Shown here: one piece after another, positions 1 to 13,820 of the stretch | Position numbering within the stretch: position 1 is the stretch's first letter | Layout of the letters: the number at the start of each line of letters is the position of its first letter | Origin: Laetmonice hystrix | Lineage: Eukaryota | NCBI GenBank assembly: GCA_965235115.1 | Contig: OZ249436.1 | Coordinates: forward strand, 42,100,001-42,164,000 | Length of the DNA: 64,000 nt | Reading direction: 5' to 3' | Notes under the pieces: generated by a model | Databases searched by the model: none | Told to the model about the DNA's origin: nothing | The model's input: only the letters and a program-made list of their open reading frames with translations | Translations under genes and position numbers: made by a program

Positions 1-107
1 TAAGAAGTAAATTTCTTAATTAGCTGTTAAATATGATTTTAAAAATACCAGCATGTCTAATGTTGAGGGTATTTTTCACCCTGCCCATATATCCACTGCT
101 AACATAC

Positions 108-254
108 CTTTAATTGTGACCTTCTTGTCAGTGCATCTGTGCAAGTACTCGATAACTATACTTCTCCAGTAAGACAAATAGCTGACCTTGCCAAGATCTG
201 ACAAAGGTTTTTCTGGTGATCCAGGCTGACCTTCTATACGTGATAACAGGTAAC
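108..254 (-). CDS. KAT6A/KAT6B: KAT6 coding exon 10 (MYST C-terminal part); gene continues beyond the left edge
   Basis: ttgcag| acceptor and |gtatgt donor. Encodes (S)[29 protein letters not shown], the [15 protein letters not shown] catalytic-Glu motif. Phase matches the preceding exon. Confidence 0.96.
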
Positions 255-461
255 CTGCAATGGTAAAAAATATTATCAGTCGGGGGCCTACCATATTGAT
301 ACAAATTAACAATAGACTGAAAAACTGGAATGAGGGTATGTCTGTTTCTAGGACCAGGGCGTGTGTGAATCTTACAGAAGAATATAAGTCTTACAGACAA
401 CATTCAGATACCAGCATGACTAAACTTAACTCACTTGTAACCTACATACTGTGGCAAATTA

Positions 462-968
<507 letters not shown>

Positions 969-1181
969 TTAAAATAAAACATAACTTGATAGATTAGAAG
1001 AATTTATCCATGAGAAACTGTATTCTTTACACCTAAAAAAAGATTCAAAAATGTTGTTCTGAGATTCAGGACATCACACTCATGTATGAAATGTTTCCCA
1101 TTACTGTTAAACATTACTACAGGGAAACCCCAGCTGTTGCAACTACCGGGGTACATGTATTGACATAAGAAATCCACCTAC

Positions 1182-1394
1182 TAGATGTCTTTTCAATATG
1201 CTCCGGCTCTTCATATACTTTAGACAGAATTCACAGAGGTAGAGTTTGGCAAGTTGGGCGTACTCCTGCGGGTAGGGGGAGGAGTACCACGTGTTGATCT
1301 CGTATTTGCCAAATTCGATGGATGGTGGATATCTTCCCTGGTTTGGTGGTTGTCCTGGTTCCACTGATGGCACATCACTACACTTTATCATTGT
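1182..1394 (-). CDS. KAT6A/KAT6B: KAT6 coding exon 8 (MYST start, C2HC zinc finger)
   Basis: ttccag| and |gtaggt; 213 nt, phase 0-0. Encodes [46 protein letters not shown]. Confidence 0.96.
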
Positions 1395-1694
1395 CTGGAA
1401 AGCAATGAATATTTCATGTGAATGAAAGGATTATCTACGTCAATTATAAAACCATCAGCAAAGCTGCTTAATCCAATGTCATCCTTTCCACTCCTTCCAA
1501 TGGAATCGTTTGGTCTTCTGATCAATCATGCCAATTATCCAGGCCTGCTAACACTGTAAATCACATTTTTAATGTTGGCCTTAACCATAAGATTGGTATT
1601 TCAGTGACATTTCGAAAATTATATCTGGTAACCCCCAAAATTCCTGATTAGATAAAACATTAGTTTCCAAAACATGATCCTCATGTTTACTCAC

Positions 1695-1777
1695 TAGTTG
1701 AGCCTTCTCCTGGGCTTGCTGGAAGAGTGCAATGTCTTTGTCTGTGACCCCGTGTGGCCCAACCACTGCAGCCAATC
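1695..1777 (-). CDS. KAT6A/KAT6B: KAT6 coding exon 7
   Basis: ttttcag| and |gtgagt; 83 nt, phase 1-0. Encodes (G)LAAVVGPHGVTDKDIALFQQAQEKAQL, resembling the pre-MYST helix of KAT6/KAT7. Confidence 0.9.
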
Positions 1778-4069
1778 CTGAAAACAAAAACACCCAAAGT
1801 TCTCTGAATTATAGTCTATCATTTTTTATCACATAAACGCCATCCTCCTTCAATTTTCCTCATAAGCTTCTTATACAATACCATCGCAGAAGATAATCTG
1901 TGTACACTCTGTACCACGTTCCACAAAGGTAATAGTGCACATAGTGCCATAGAACTCTTATGTCTTCAACAGACCACACTCCGATTAACAATTATTAGCC
2001 TTCATTTTACGTAGTGATGTACACATGAATTAACTTTATACATTCCCAGACCCACAGTCAGCAAATATTTAAAAAGAACTGTAAATTCTATACTCATCTA
2101 CTTGAATTTCTAGACATACATGTACTAAATTTGTTTTCTGTTCCACTGCAAAATTTTCGAATTTGATTTAAATTATAGCAAAATGATTGAGATAACATAG
2201 GAAGGAATTGCAAGTTTTCATCCAAAATTTTTAAAAAGGATGAAAAAAACCTCTGATTATAGATTGCTTTGTTTAAAAAAAAGTGAGAAACATGTAAGGA
2301 ATACAGTTATGACTAACAGAAGACAGAAGATAAAGTGTACATCATGAAGAGCAAAACTTCAGGGCAACATGATCAGATCAACTGACCAGAACCTTTCTGT
2401 ACACTGAACTTTACAGACAAAATGTATACAGTATACCCAATCATACAATTCGATGAAACTTATTTCCAAAACATCTGTTTCTGAACAGTGATATTTGTTT
2501 CTACTCGGACCCTATTTCTTTTCTTGATGGTCATACATGTTCGCACATCAGCTTCTGATACTATTTTCTGTACATTAAACATATGGTAATCCCAAGACTA
2601 TTACAGTAGATTAACGTGGCGCTGCAGGGGGGACTAGCATTATTAGCCAAATGTGGGTCATGTTAGATGTGCAAAGGTCAGGTCCTATACCATGCTGGTG
2701 TATCAATGCTGCCATCGTGTGGACACCATCAAGCATGCCAGAGAAGTGACAGGGCCGAGACAGAGTTGAGATTTCACTCAGCCTAGGAAACACTCCTTAA
2801 TAATAATTTACAATCCTGAAGTAAACTAATAACTTTTAAGAAATGGCAATAGTTTTGATAAAACCTCCAGAGTGAGAATAATTGTAATTACAATTATACC
2901 TTTTGATGAGGCATACCATGGCCAGCATTTCCAGCTCTCCACTTATTCATTCATCAAGTAATAGATTTATTAAATAAGGAGTCCTCTATAGATATCAGTT
3001 TAAAAATCTAGTCTTCAGCAGAAATGAATGGCCATTAACTTTTAGTCCTTTCCAGACTAATTCTACTACAAACACTCAAAAGAGCAATTGCTATTGTAGA
3101 ATAATGCCAGTTTAGAACAATGGAAAGTTCTCCCAAGATTTTAACAATGCAGTTACCATTTTGTCAGCCTTTAAGTTTAACCAGATTTTACACCACACTT
3201 GTCTTAAGTTACATATCAACCATGTCACTGGGCTGATGTGTAGCTGACCTTATGAAAGTAATTTCAAAGTGCTTAGCCAACAATGACCAGCTCAATATTT
3301 TAACACATCTAAAAGATACGCATAGGATTCCTTATGGAGGACCAAGCTAGCTACATTCTTAGAGACTAGTACAAAATTCTCTTATGTCTTTATGGAAGCA
3401 ACAAAACACTTTGGTTCAATACAAAGTAAGGTGGCTCCAGCTTAATATTCCTTGAATATTCCTGAACAGCTGAAAACTATACTTTGGCTGGCTGGTTCAT
3501 CAAACAGTTTCAGGTTTACATTTAAAATACAAAACCTGAATTTAAATACAAAACCTGAATACCTGGAGAAAGCACACTTTGACTTGTATGAAAGTATTTC
3601 AAATCAGAAGTGGAGTGCAGAAAGAGTCTATGTACAAGGAAATCACTAACTATGAACTCATTCTCTCCATTCTTTAGAAGTTCCAGACACCAGTATGAGA
3701 CCCTGCTCTTAGGTACTGAAACTCCTTTTGCTCGTTTTTTTAAAAAAAGATTATTTTATTTATTTATCTATTCCATCTTACAACCAAACTTACACTGCTG
3801 CAAAAAAGAGTTTTGATTTCCTTGCTTGGTGAAGGTGTTGCAATACCCAGAGAGCATTGGTGCATTTTGCCAACTTGCTGATGAGATAGGATGATTGCCA
3901 CTGGTGACACAGGCCAGTGTGCTGCTACAGGTGGGCAGTATGGTGGTTGTTAGAACAATGATGGATTGACTGATGAAACTGAGAAGCCTGAGAATGTGGC
4001 AAGCACTGACACCACCAGCCAGTCACATGCACCAGCTCATACGCTTATGTATCATCACCAAACGCTTAC

Positions 4070-5115
4070 CCTCTGAACTACCCCTGCCACGTCCTCTGCC
4101 TCGGCCAGACGCCCTGTGATGCTTCTTCGACCGACGGCGCTTGCCTGTCGAGGGTCGATGCCCTGAGATCTTTAGGCCTCTGCTGCCACGATGCCATATA
4201 GTTGGAGAGGCGCTTTCACTTTGCAGTTCAGTCTGCCGAATTTCTGTCTGATCCTGGTTTAAATCTATATGTACACTATCAACTTTTGCTTCTAATTTAC
4301 TTGCATTATCACCATCATCCACAGAAACAGAAGCTTCTTTTGGTTGCTCCTCTTCTTCATCACAATGAAACTCATATTCGTCAAACCCTGGCAACCTGCG
4401 ATGTCTTGTGGGGGTTGCATATAAAGGTATTGTCCGTTTCCGTTCACCCTGAGCCGTGAACAAGTGTGAAAGCCCATCAAAGAGACCCTTTAGTTGTCCA
4501 CTCCCAGGAGGTCCAGCATCCTTTGGACTTTCCTTACTAGCTTTAAATATTCTAGATTTTCTCAACAGTTTGCTTGCTGCTTTTTGAGTTTTACTCTGCG
4601 ACTGGTTTGTTTTTACCTTTGCGGCACACAAACTAATTTTTTCAGCTGCCCTTGCACTTGCTGCTGGTGATTTGGGCCTTCCACAAACTTCCCAAACTGA
4701 CACCCGAGTTTTCCGTTTGTTACTTGGGGTGAAAAACCTACTTAGTCCATCAATAAGGCCTTTGGGCTTCCCTACATTTCCTGATGAGTTCAAAGCACCA
4801 TTTTCTTCTAAATTAGAATCACGTTTCAAAGAGTTACAAGGCTTATTTCCATTTGTGACCGAGGTGGCACGTGGCAGGAGGTTGTGAACAGAGTGGACAG
4901 AGCTGCAACTGTGATTGGCAGAGGTGGTGCCATGTACTGCAGAAGTACCTGTCAAGGACAAGCTGCTGTTGTTACAGGGCATCCCATTGGTTGAGGCGAT
5001 GTCCAAATCACTGTTGCTGCCTGAGAAGTGCCGCAATCCGTTGATATCGTCCTGCTTCTTGCTGCGTGGTCTGTGGGATCGTTCAGCAGGTGACTCCGGT
5101 GGACATGCATATTGC
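4070..5115 (-). CDS. KAT6A/KAT6B: KAT6 coding exon 6 (large linker exon)
   Basis: gtccag| and |gtaagc; open for 1046 nt, phase 2-1. Contains KGLIDGLSRFFTPS and LKGLFDGLSHLFTAQG motifs resembling vertebrate KAT6 linker motifs. Confidence 0.9.
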
Positions 5116-6490
5116 CTGGACAACACACAAACACTGATCAGCCATAGTGCATACACAACTAAGGCTGTGGATCCTATCCTTTATCTACTAACAGCAACAT
5201 ACTTACCCCTGAAAGGAAGTAATGCAACCATGACAGCTAACCTCGTGCATACATATACCACTACTTCACATACACCTACAGTCTCGTGCAGACGCTAAAT
5301 TATATAAATTATCTTATTGGAATGACTGGTTTCTTGTTACAATGATTGCGACTTGATCACAGTCTCTTTTGCCTTTAAAAGCAATTTTTTATAAGGACAA
5401 ATGATCAATAACAAATGTCTCATTTGATAAGAAAAAATGTCAACAATTAAACACACCTAACTGCTGGGATATGTAATTCAACTGACAGACCCAATCTAAA
5501 TCTACTACTTCATCAGCAACTTTGGCACTTATTTTGGTCATGGTTGTATACATTAAATAAGGTGACAAAAAGTCAGGGATGACTTATTTTCAAATTTGGA
5601 TCAGTCAGAGCTCTACAAAACTGAAATTTCCATTCTCTGAAATTTACCAAATTTATACTTCCAAAGAGCTCTGGTAGTCGACTGACCATAATGCAATACA
5701 GTCAGTCTAAATTTAGTATTAGACTTCTCTACGACTTTTGTTAAAATATCCATGTAGTAGAAATCCACCATCCCTGACATAACAGTCCATGCCAATATAT
5801 ATACTGGTACAGACAACAAGCATAAATAGCTTAGGGCTTGAATAACACTACAATTGTACAAAATACAATCTAGACAAAAAAGTCAGTCATGCACCAATGA
5901 CAACTTCCCCTGTTCAAAATGAGTCAACTTTCGCTGACTCAGAAATTAAAGAACAATGAAAGGGGATACATGTGGGAATTGATGTCACTAAATAAACACG
6001 AGAACAGGTCTAATTTTTACAGTGACATTAATGGCATGTCCAAGTCTGGTCCTCATATGTAGGTTTTAAAAGTAAAAATAAAATATTCCTGGCTCTTCAA
6101 TGTTTTTACCTGTAACTCCTATACAATCCATGAATGCCACTGTAAATGAATGGTAGGCATTACACATAAATTATGACTTTTCCTTTTTTCGTCAAAGTTA
6201 TAGTTATATTTTCAAAGGAGCGGGGAGCCTTTAGGTCACAGCAAATTATTTTGTCAAGGGAACCCAACAGTGTGATAGCCTACTAAACGTAACAGCATCG
6301 GTGAAATGTACTTTTACATAAAAGCCTTCCTGCATCATAAGGAAACGGTACCTTCTCTGAAATCTTCTCTCGCCATTATAAAAGAGGAAATCTCCTGGTC
6401 CGTTCATAAAATGGCCCCCATTCCAAATGAAAATTGCCTTCATGGAAATTGAACAGTGTAACAGCATAAAATGAAACAAAAGACACTTAC

Positions 6491-6644
6491 TTGTCTGATC
6501 TCTCTCTCCCAGATCTTGAAGACTTTGAGAGTTTAAAAGACCCATTTAATGAGTGCCTTCTATGACTGGAATACTCGTGCATTGTCTTTTGCCGAAGCTT
6601 TTTTAATTTCTTCTCAGGCCCACATAATGAACAAATCCACGTTC
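6491..6644 (-). CDS. KAT6A/KAT6B: KAT6 coding exon 5 (end of PHD2)
   Basis: ttccag| and |gtaagt; phase 1-2. Encodes (G)TWICSLCGPEKKLKKLRQK... Confidence 0.92.
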
Positions 6645-7886
6645 CTGGAATAGAAATTTAAAGTCAACATGAAATCCCATATGCCATCTCTCTCACTCAG
6701 GTATCAATCATCGAAAATTATAACTTAGTCTTAAACTGTTGTCATGGGAATAAATCAGATTTCCCAGGAAAATAGGAACACTCTCAACCCTTTTTTGATG
6801 TTTCAAATGATTATCAGTACCACAAGTTCACAACCCAGTGAAACAAAACTGAAAATAAAAATGTTTTATCTTATGAGTAACAATTGTAAAATACTTCTAT
6901 TTCAAAGGACAGCGATACTACCATGTGCCCTACCTTGGAATGTATTTGACATGAGGTAGATCATAGACATGTATGTACATCTAAATACCATCGTAGTGGT
7001 TTTTATTGTTGGCAATTAAGGCAATCACCAAAACTTCATTTCAAATGGTGAAAACAAGGTTAGAATAAATATTTATTATAACAGGACCTTTCGTCTACTA
7101 GGTCAGGGTTCTAGAGCTCTAGAAAAAAATGTCAGCATAGGGATAACCAGCTGAAAGGGCCTAGGAATATGACGTGCGTCATAGCAGGGCGAGGAAGGGT
7201 GTGGGAGTGGTTGCCCCTTCCGTGGTGGGGGTATGGGCGTCCCCAGAAAATTTCTAGAAAGATGGATGTAATTTGGTGCAATCTGAGTGAAAAACATACT
7301 TTTCTAGGGTGAGGGCGGTGGAAAGCAGGAATCCTTCTCAGCTTTATAGCTTATCAGTGATTTTGTCCTATATCAGGCCTGAAACAGCGTATCTGTGTTT
7401 TGGGTCACGTATCGGGGCCAAAGTTGGCTTAGGAAGTCACTGATACAAGATTGTCAAGTTTTGAATGGGCAGCAGTTTCCTCACAAAACTTGATGGCTCC
7501 TAAAAGGTAGCATCTCATCTGGTGAATGTTGAAAGCAGTGAAATTTCCAAGCTATTGAGCTAAGCTCAGTCTCCTTTAGGCCTACTCAAAAACTCTTGAA
7601 AAGTTTCCGCCCGAGCAATTAACACAATGATCTAGAGTTCTCGGGGCCCGGCTGTTTTAATGTGAGGCGTTAACAGGAGCATGTGCATGCAGACTGCATG
7701 CAGGGCAGGAGGTGGGAGGGAGGTATGACTGTGAGGCGGGAGGTGCGACTTGCACATTCATACAGGAGTTGAGTTATAACCCTTGTCGGACCTGCCAAGC
7801 AAGGTGTCGGATTAGTGCGTGACAGTAAGATTAGCATGTTTGGTAGGGGAATTAGGTGTCAGAGTCGGAAGTTTGATATGTCAGAT

Positions 7887-8263
7887 CAGGCCTCGAATTA
7901 GAAGTTAAAAGGGGCACGGCAAAAATTGCCGTCGAGGGCCTTGTTTAAAGGAGGGCACCACGGCATTTTCAACAAGTTTAGAAGGGCACCACGGCAAATT
8001 TACTTCTCCAAAACCAAATCTCCCTTGTCTGGCTTAACAGTAAAACAAGGAATCTTCACACTTTAGGTTAGTGGTGTTGGTGATCACTAGGGAATCGATG
8101 TCAGGAATGATTCGGGGATGGCTGATGGGCACATCACAGCAAGGGAAAAGGGCACCACGGCACTGGACTGCCGTCGATGGGGCAAAAAATAGGAGGGCAT
8201 CACGGCAAATGGAAGGGGCACGACGGCAATTGCCGTCGATGCCGTCGTGTAATTCGAGGCCTG
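7887..8263. mobile_element. hAT-like MITE with 6-bp flanking duplication
   Basis: Perfect 14-bp TIR CAGGCCTCGAATTA...TAATTCGAGGCCTG, TCAGAT on both sides, and subterminal GGGCACCACGGCA repeats. Confidence 0.85.
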
Positions 8264-8406
8264 TCAGATATTTCAAGTAAATCAGTTGATTTCATGCTAA
8301 TTCGTGTCAGATCTTCAGTATGTTGGATTGTCCAGCGTCAGATTATCCAGGTTTGACTGTACATTGTACATGTATATTTTATATTGCTACAAAGTCAGTT
8401 ATTTAC

Positions 8407-8488
8407 CTTTTGGTGGTTTTGTTAACGGCGGTCGACAACATTCCATATGAAAGCCTCTATCACAAGCATCGCAGAAGAGCATGTTATC
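8407..8488 (-). CDS. KAT6A/KAT6B: KAT6 coding exon 4 (PHD2)
   Basis: tttcag| and |gtaaat; 82 nt. Encodes [27 protein letters not shown](G). Not in the ORF track; read by hand. Confidence 0.96.
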
Positions 8489-9370
8489 CTGAAACATAAG
8501 TTAACACAATGTGTATTTCACAAAAGTACAGGTATGTTGTATAAATCAAATGTTTTGCATTTCACAATATTACAAGTTTTTAGAAATTCTAACTTCCAAA
8601 TGACTCATGCACCACCACCCAAGCTTTAGCATATTAAGACATCTGGCAAAGCCCTCATCAATTAAAATTAAACTGTGAGCACTGCCTTTAATGAAGATCA
8701 AATGATTCTAATATTATTATCTTTGGATTTCTTATTTGTGTTCCGATTTCCCCCTTAATTGATTCTAAGTGTGTCCAATCTAAACAGAGATAGCTGTCTA
8801 CAATTCTAGGATCATGAATAATATAGCAAGCAACATCAATGTCAACATTGTCCTACATTTTTCACGGTTACATTGGTCATTTTGTCTGGCATACACTCAC
8901 TGCCTGTATGAGGAGATCTTGAATGTCACTGGGTCTTGATATACATAGAGACTAAAATTGATGTTGTGAACTTCAGATAGTTGGATGCTTGGCAGAGCAT
9001 TACTGTAAGTTTTCTGTTAGTGACATACGTTCTCTGCCTATTTATTAAAGAATTCCCATGCAAGATTTAGGGACCCCAGCCAATAACCAAAAAAATAGAT
9101 GAAAGTGTATCTGACTCCCCTCCTAATCCTGAAATTTGATTTCAGAAATGATTATTTATTATGAAAAAATTGCGGAAATCTGCTAAATAGCAGACTGAAT
9201 AATGAACACTATTTCCAAACTTTCTGATCCTATTGAAGGAAGTGCCAGAACCCATCATTATAAAATCAAATAAACTGTTGGCACCTTGCAACTTGTGTGC
9301 ATGGTGTTTTGCAATTTCAGCACAACTGGAGAGCAGCATTTAACGAAGCCAAGTGGTCAAAAGCAAAGTA

Positions 9371-9554
9371 CAGTCAGACCTTGTTTATCCGAACAGCTTG
9401 GTCAAGTTGGTGCCCATTAAAATGTGTTCGGATTGTGAACTATACGGATTACTGAATCATTTTAAATAGTAAATGGTAGAAGAGGTTACCAGAAAGTGTG
9501 TTCGGATTGTGAGGTATACGGATTACAGAAGCACGGATTAACGAGGTCTGACTG
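9371..9554. mobile_element. Tc1/mariner-type MITE
   Basis: TIR CAGTCAGACCTTGTTTATCCG / CGGATTAACGAGGTCTGACTG flanked by TA on both sides; internal TTCGGATTGTGA repeats. Confidence 0.88.
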
Positions 9555-9849
9555 TAGTCTGTCTAAAAGCTTTCATTTCAACACTGGCAAACTATGGATC
9601 CATGAATTGTTTTTACCAAAATAAATTCAATTCTATTCCCTGTACATACTTCAGGAGAATCATTACAAAGACCTTTTTCTGTCACCAAAAATGTTAGGTT
9701 GCATGAGTCTGAGTCTATATTATTGGAAAGCCATTTAAATAATCCACAATCTCTTGCAGTGCTCACCCATTCATACGTACCACAACTGAGGACAATGACA
9801 ACATCTAAAGGTTAGTAAAAGCAAAGCTGAAACCTACAGGTCGTCTCAC

Positions 9850-9962
9850 CTCCTTCCCAGACTCTCCACATAAAGAGCACGTCTTGCACTCTATGCACTG
9901 CCATCGCATATTCTTTACACGTTCTGTCAAGTTTGGCGAGAATTGTAAGCAAGAAGGGTGCC
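9850..9962 (-). CDS. KAT6A/KAT6B: KAT6 coding exon 3 (PHD1-PHD2)
   Basis: tttcag| and |gtgaga; phase 1-0. Encodes (G)[37 protein letters not shown]. Confidence 0.96.
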
Positions 9963-10433
9963 CTGAAAGGATAAAAAACATAAATCACTGACCACCCTAT
10001 ACAGATCACTGACCCCACCCCACCCCCCCCCCCCGTTCTTTTAACAGTTTTTCACAAATCAGCGATCAATAAAACAATTATTAAACTGTACTAGGATAGG
10101 ACAATACGTCATACGATATGTGCATAATGTATTTAGGTCTACAAGGTACTGGTAGCACTTGATGTATCTGGAAACCCATGAAGGGTAAAGGAAGACCGCG
10201 AGGTCGTCATGGCCAATCAATGATATAAAATATAGGGATGCACATGCTGGGTTAGAAATTAGGCTAAAAAAAATCTGGGAGCCAGCTGGGCACCCCAAAT
10301 TTGAAATCTGGGGGCCCAGAATTTTACAACTAGTGGTAAGATCAACAGAAGTAGCAACATGTTTAAATTATCACATTTATATGACTTATAGTGCATATTA
10401 TACTACATGTTCAAGTAGGGCATGTCCAAATAT

Positions 10434-10585
10434 CATGGTTCCCATGCTATCGGCTTTCCCAAATTTCCAGACTATTCCCGGACTTGCACACTTATTTAAA
10501 TAATTCCTGGACTTTTCCTGGCCCAGAAGGTCCCAATATAAAATTTCCGGACTTGTCCCGGTTTCCCGGACTCGTGGGAACCATG
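10434..10585. mobile_element. hAT-like MITE with 6-bp TSD
   Basis: TIR CATGGTTCCCA...TGGGAACCATG flanked by AAATAT on both sides; internal TTCCCGGACT repeats. Confidence 0.85.
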
Positions 10586-10671
10586 AAATATACCTAAACC
10601 GAAATTGCCAGCATTATTTTTCTTAAAAGATTCTGACATTCCAGGTTTACTGTTTTTTTAGTTTTACTTAC

Positions 10672-10780
10672 CACTGCTACCACAGTCAGCACACGAGATC
10701 AACTCCTCAGATAGGCTGTCCCTGTTGTGATCTGCCGTACCCAAGCAAAAGCTGCATATTGGCAGAGGAGTTGCAACTTC
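10672..10780 (-). CDS. KAT6A/KAT6B: KAT6 coding exon 2 (PHD1)
   Basis: ttacag| and |gtaagt; 109 nt. Encodes [36 protein letters not shown](G). Confidence 0.96.
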
Positions 10781-11737
10781 CTGTAAAATTGAAAAGGCAT
10801 TACACTTTACTCAACCTTTTGAACCTTCCTTCTTTTTTACAGAATTCAAAGATTTTTGTAAATTATCAACAATTCATGAAAACTTATACAGGTTCACACT
10901 AGCACTTTTGACACTGGGGTTCAAGGGACGCTTGGGACACAAGTAACATCTAAAATTGGAGCACCGAGTCTGAAGGGCAATTTCAATCATCGAAGCAAAA
11001 TTTCAGGTTTCGAAATCAAGGGTGTGTAGTACACATGTATGTATTATAGCATCCTTGTCTAGGTTATATCGATTTTTTGACTAACAATTTCTTTTAATGG
11101 CTGTTGATTAATAAAGTACTTTACGGATTCTTGTTTATAATCCAATGTATTATGATTGTAGATACTTTTAGCTTCCCAATTCAAGTAACTTTAACTGAAT
11201 CACATCATAATATAGAGGCCACAACTTTTACTACACACCAATGTACCAGCCCCAGCACCCATAGGGCAAATGACAGATGGTCTACGGACCACTACCTATG
11301 TAGGTCAGACCTGGAACTGGATGAGCACTGTTCTGACCATTTGTTTACGATCCAATTTCAACCAAGGGTAACCTTTAACCACAAGTAACCACAAGTATGC
11401 AACTAGGTCACGCTTAACACTGTCTTATAACATGTATTCAGACACATCAACTTGGAACTATTATACTACCAATAATCACAAACTTCAACACACAAAAAAG
11501 CTCTATCTTATCAGAATGGTCACCTTTACTGTGGAAATCAATTCTGAAATAATACCTATACATGAAGGGAAAAAATTAACTTTAAAATGGCCTTCTCAGG
11601 TTTCTATATAAGTGATAAATTTGTCACAAAAGTCGAACACCGTTTAAATCTGGGAGTTGTAATTTTACCACCAAAGCAATTAACTTTATATTAAACCTGG
11701 GAGTCATAATTTTACCACCAAAGCACTAAATTTTTAC

Positions 11738-12382
11738 CTTATTTTTCTCATTTAGAGTAATACCAAGGAGACGTGCAGTTTCGACCTCATCCGGTGGATC
11801 CAAGAGGATATTTGTACTCCCACCACTACCAAGCGACTCCGACTCGGTACTGCTGTCTAAGCTGCTGGGAACTTTGTATAGTCTTCCATCTTGAATGACA
11901 TGTCTTGAGTTCACCGCCCTCTTTATGGATATCCTTATCTGATGAGTCAAATCAGCATCATCAATCACTTCGATAGAATAACCCCTCCTGATGTGTTTCT
12001 CAATTGCCTTTGCATTTGAACCTTCAAGCTGACCAAGCTCTTTGATACTCCTCACAACAGTTTTGGTCAGATCTGTTTTCTTACCCACTTTCAAGATGCG
12101 AGTTTTGAGGGATGTAAACCTGGAGGGGTCCTTGTATGACAGTAACCCTTTATTATGTACTTTGAGCACAGACCCATCTTTGACAGCCAGATCAAGCTGT
12201 TCAGTGATGGCATCCCATGCAACATTGTGATTTTGTTTAACAGCATGTGCAATCCTTTCAACACTTGGACGTTGCTTTTGGCTTTTTATCTTCCTGATCG
12301 CCTCCAGAAGCCAGTTGGTGTAGGTTGGATTTGCCAGCAACCGTCCTACTGACTTGCTGTCTGCCTCCTTTTCCTTCACCAT
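11738..12382 (-). CDS. KAT6A/KAT6B: KAT6 first coding exon (winged-helix 1 and H15-like winged-helix 2)
   Basis: ATG at 12382. LANPTYTNWLLEAIRKIKSQKQRPSVERI...GSVLKVHNKGLLSYKDP matches the KAT6 N-terminus. Donor AAG|gtaaaa at 11737. The exon probably starts at 12679 (tttcag acceptor), giving ~300 nt of 5' UTR. Confidence 0.96.
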
Positions 12383-13297
12383 ATTCCTGATGCGTCACTC
12401 CTTGATGTCTTGAGATGTAGTCATCCTACCAGCCAGTTGCTTGAATACACACTCAATCCCTTGGTTTCACATGCCACCATCTGCCTTTTCCTTTCAAGTG
12501 CAAAACACCGACTTGCTCCCTTGAGAACAATGGGAATGGTACACCAACCCTGTCACTGTCAGTGATGTCCCGACTACAGCACGCTTTTTTTACCACTTAT
12601 GTTATAGGTTTACTGCGTACACCAATGTCGAAATCCCGACTGTATGACCCATCGAGGTCTATCTCGTAACCACCAGTGTCTGAAATGATAGAATAAAGCC
12701 AATCAGCAACGTGTCAGTGTACGAAACATTCAAATTATCCGTTTAAATACGTTAGAAAACAAAGACATTCTCGGCGCCTTGCAACCGCAGGCTGCTCGCC
12801 CCGTGTCGGTGAAGGTCTTCGCTACCGTGTTACTGCAGCACACTTCCTTGGTCTACTACACAGACGGCACTCCACTCTGCCATACAAACATTCACAGTTC
12901 TCTTCACATCAAACCACACAATCAACAAAACAATCAATATGTTACGCTACCATTTCACATTTTTCAAGACTCCAATTATTAAATATTATAAAGAAATGGC
13001 GACTTCTTTTGACCCGACCGGTCAGAATGTGAATCAAAATGGCGGACAACTACGTAATTTTTTGTCAAGATGTAACGACTACCACCTTCTAAGTCGCATG
13101 GGCGTCTTTCTTATTATACCACGCACTAACTATTAGTCGGTGGTTCATATACTACAACACCGACTGCATTTAAACCTGACAGCCTCAGAACGAACTGGTT
13201 GGAATTTGAAAAGTCGGGAAGAAACATCGTGTTGACTGTTGTTTTGAGCTTCAAAACTAAGAAAACGGGCTTCCAGAAATAACGTATAATCACTCAC

Positions 13298-13820
13298 CTG
13301 TGAGATTCATAGTATATCCACAATCCTCTGCATATCTTTCTCTATTTGTCCGCACAGAGTATGGTCACCTAGAACCAAGTATACTCCAAGAATTCTTACA
13401 ACAAAGTTGGAAAGTTTTCCCTACGATCTCACAATAGCGTACATGTCGGCCATACAAATATGGCCGCCGTTCCACAACAGACGCTGTCCTATTCCTTGGG
13501 AGAATTTGTAATCTGATCAAAATGTATCACACCCTCTAGGAATTTTCAGTCATTAAAAACACGAGAATGGCACATAACATGGTCATTTCTTCCAAAGGAA
13601 TCATATATCTACTTCGCCCACAATATTAAGGTTCGACGTCATGGATGCATCTTTGCAATATTGAGATTTTCCTCGGCGCACTACTTTATGTATTCTCATT
13701 CGCATTCCCACACCGGACCAACTTCTGCAGCTCTATTGTAAAACGTTATCTGATTGGCTGATCATAGTATCAGCATTATTCCCAATTACTCCACCAAGGG
13801 GCACCTGCTGGGGGCACCTG
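13298..13820 (-). promoter_or_regulatory. Putative KAT6 non-coding first exon and promoter
   Basis: Strong minus-strand donor CAG|GTGAGT at 13298/13297, YY1-like AATATGGCCGCC near 13457, CCAAT box (CTGATTGGCT, ~13750) and CTCF-like CCACCAAGGGGCAC at 13791. The TSS cannot be determined. Confidence 0.55.

Noticed and set aside
8890..9000. Exon-like segment with a minus-strand GTGAGT donor inside the KAT6 intron
   Set aside because: No convincing acceptor or KAT6 homology; the flanking PHD exons join in phase without it.
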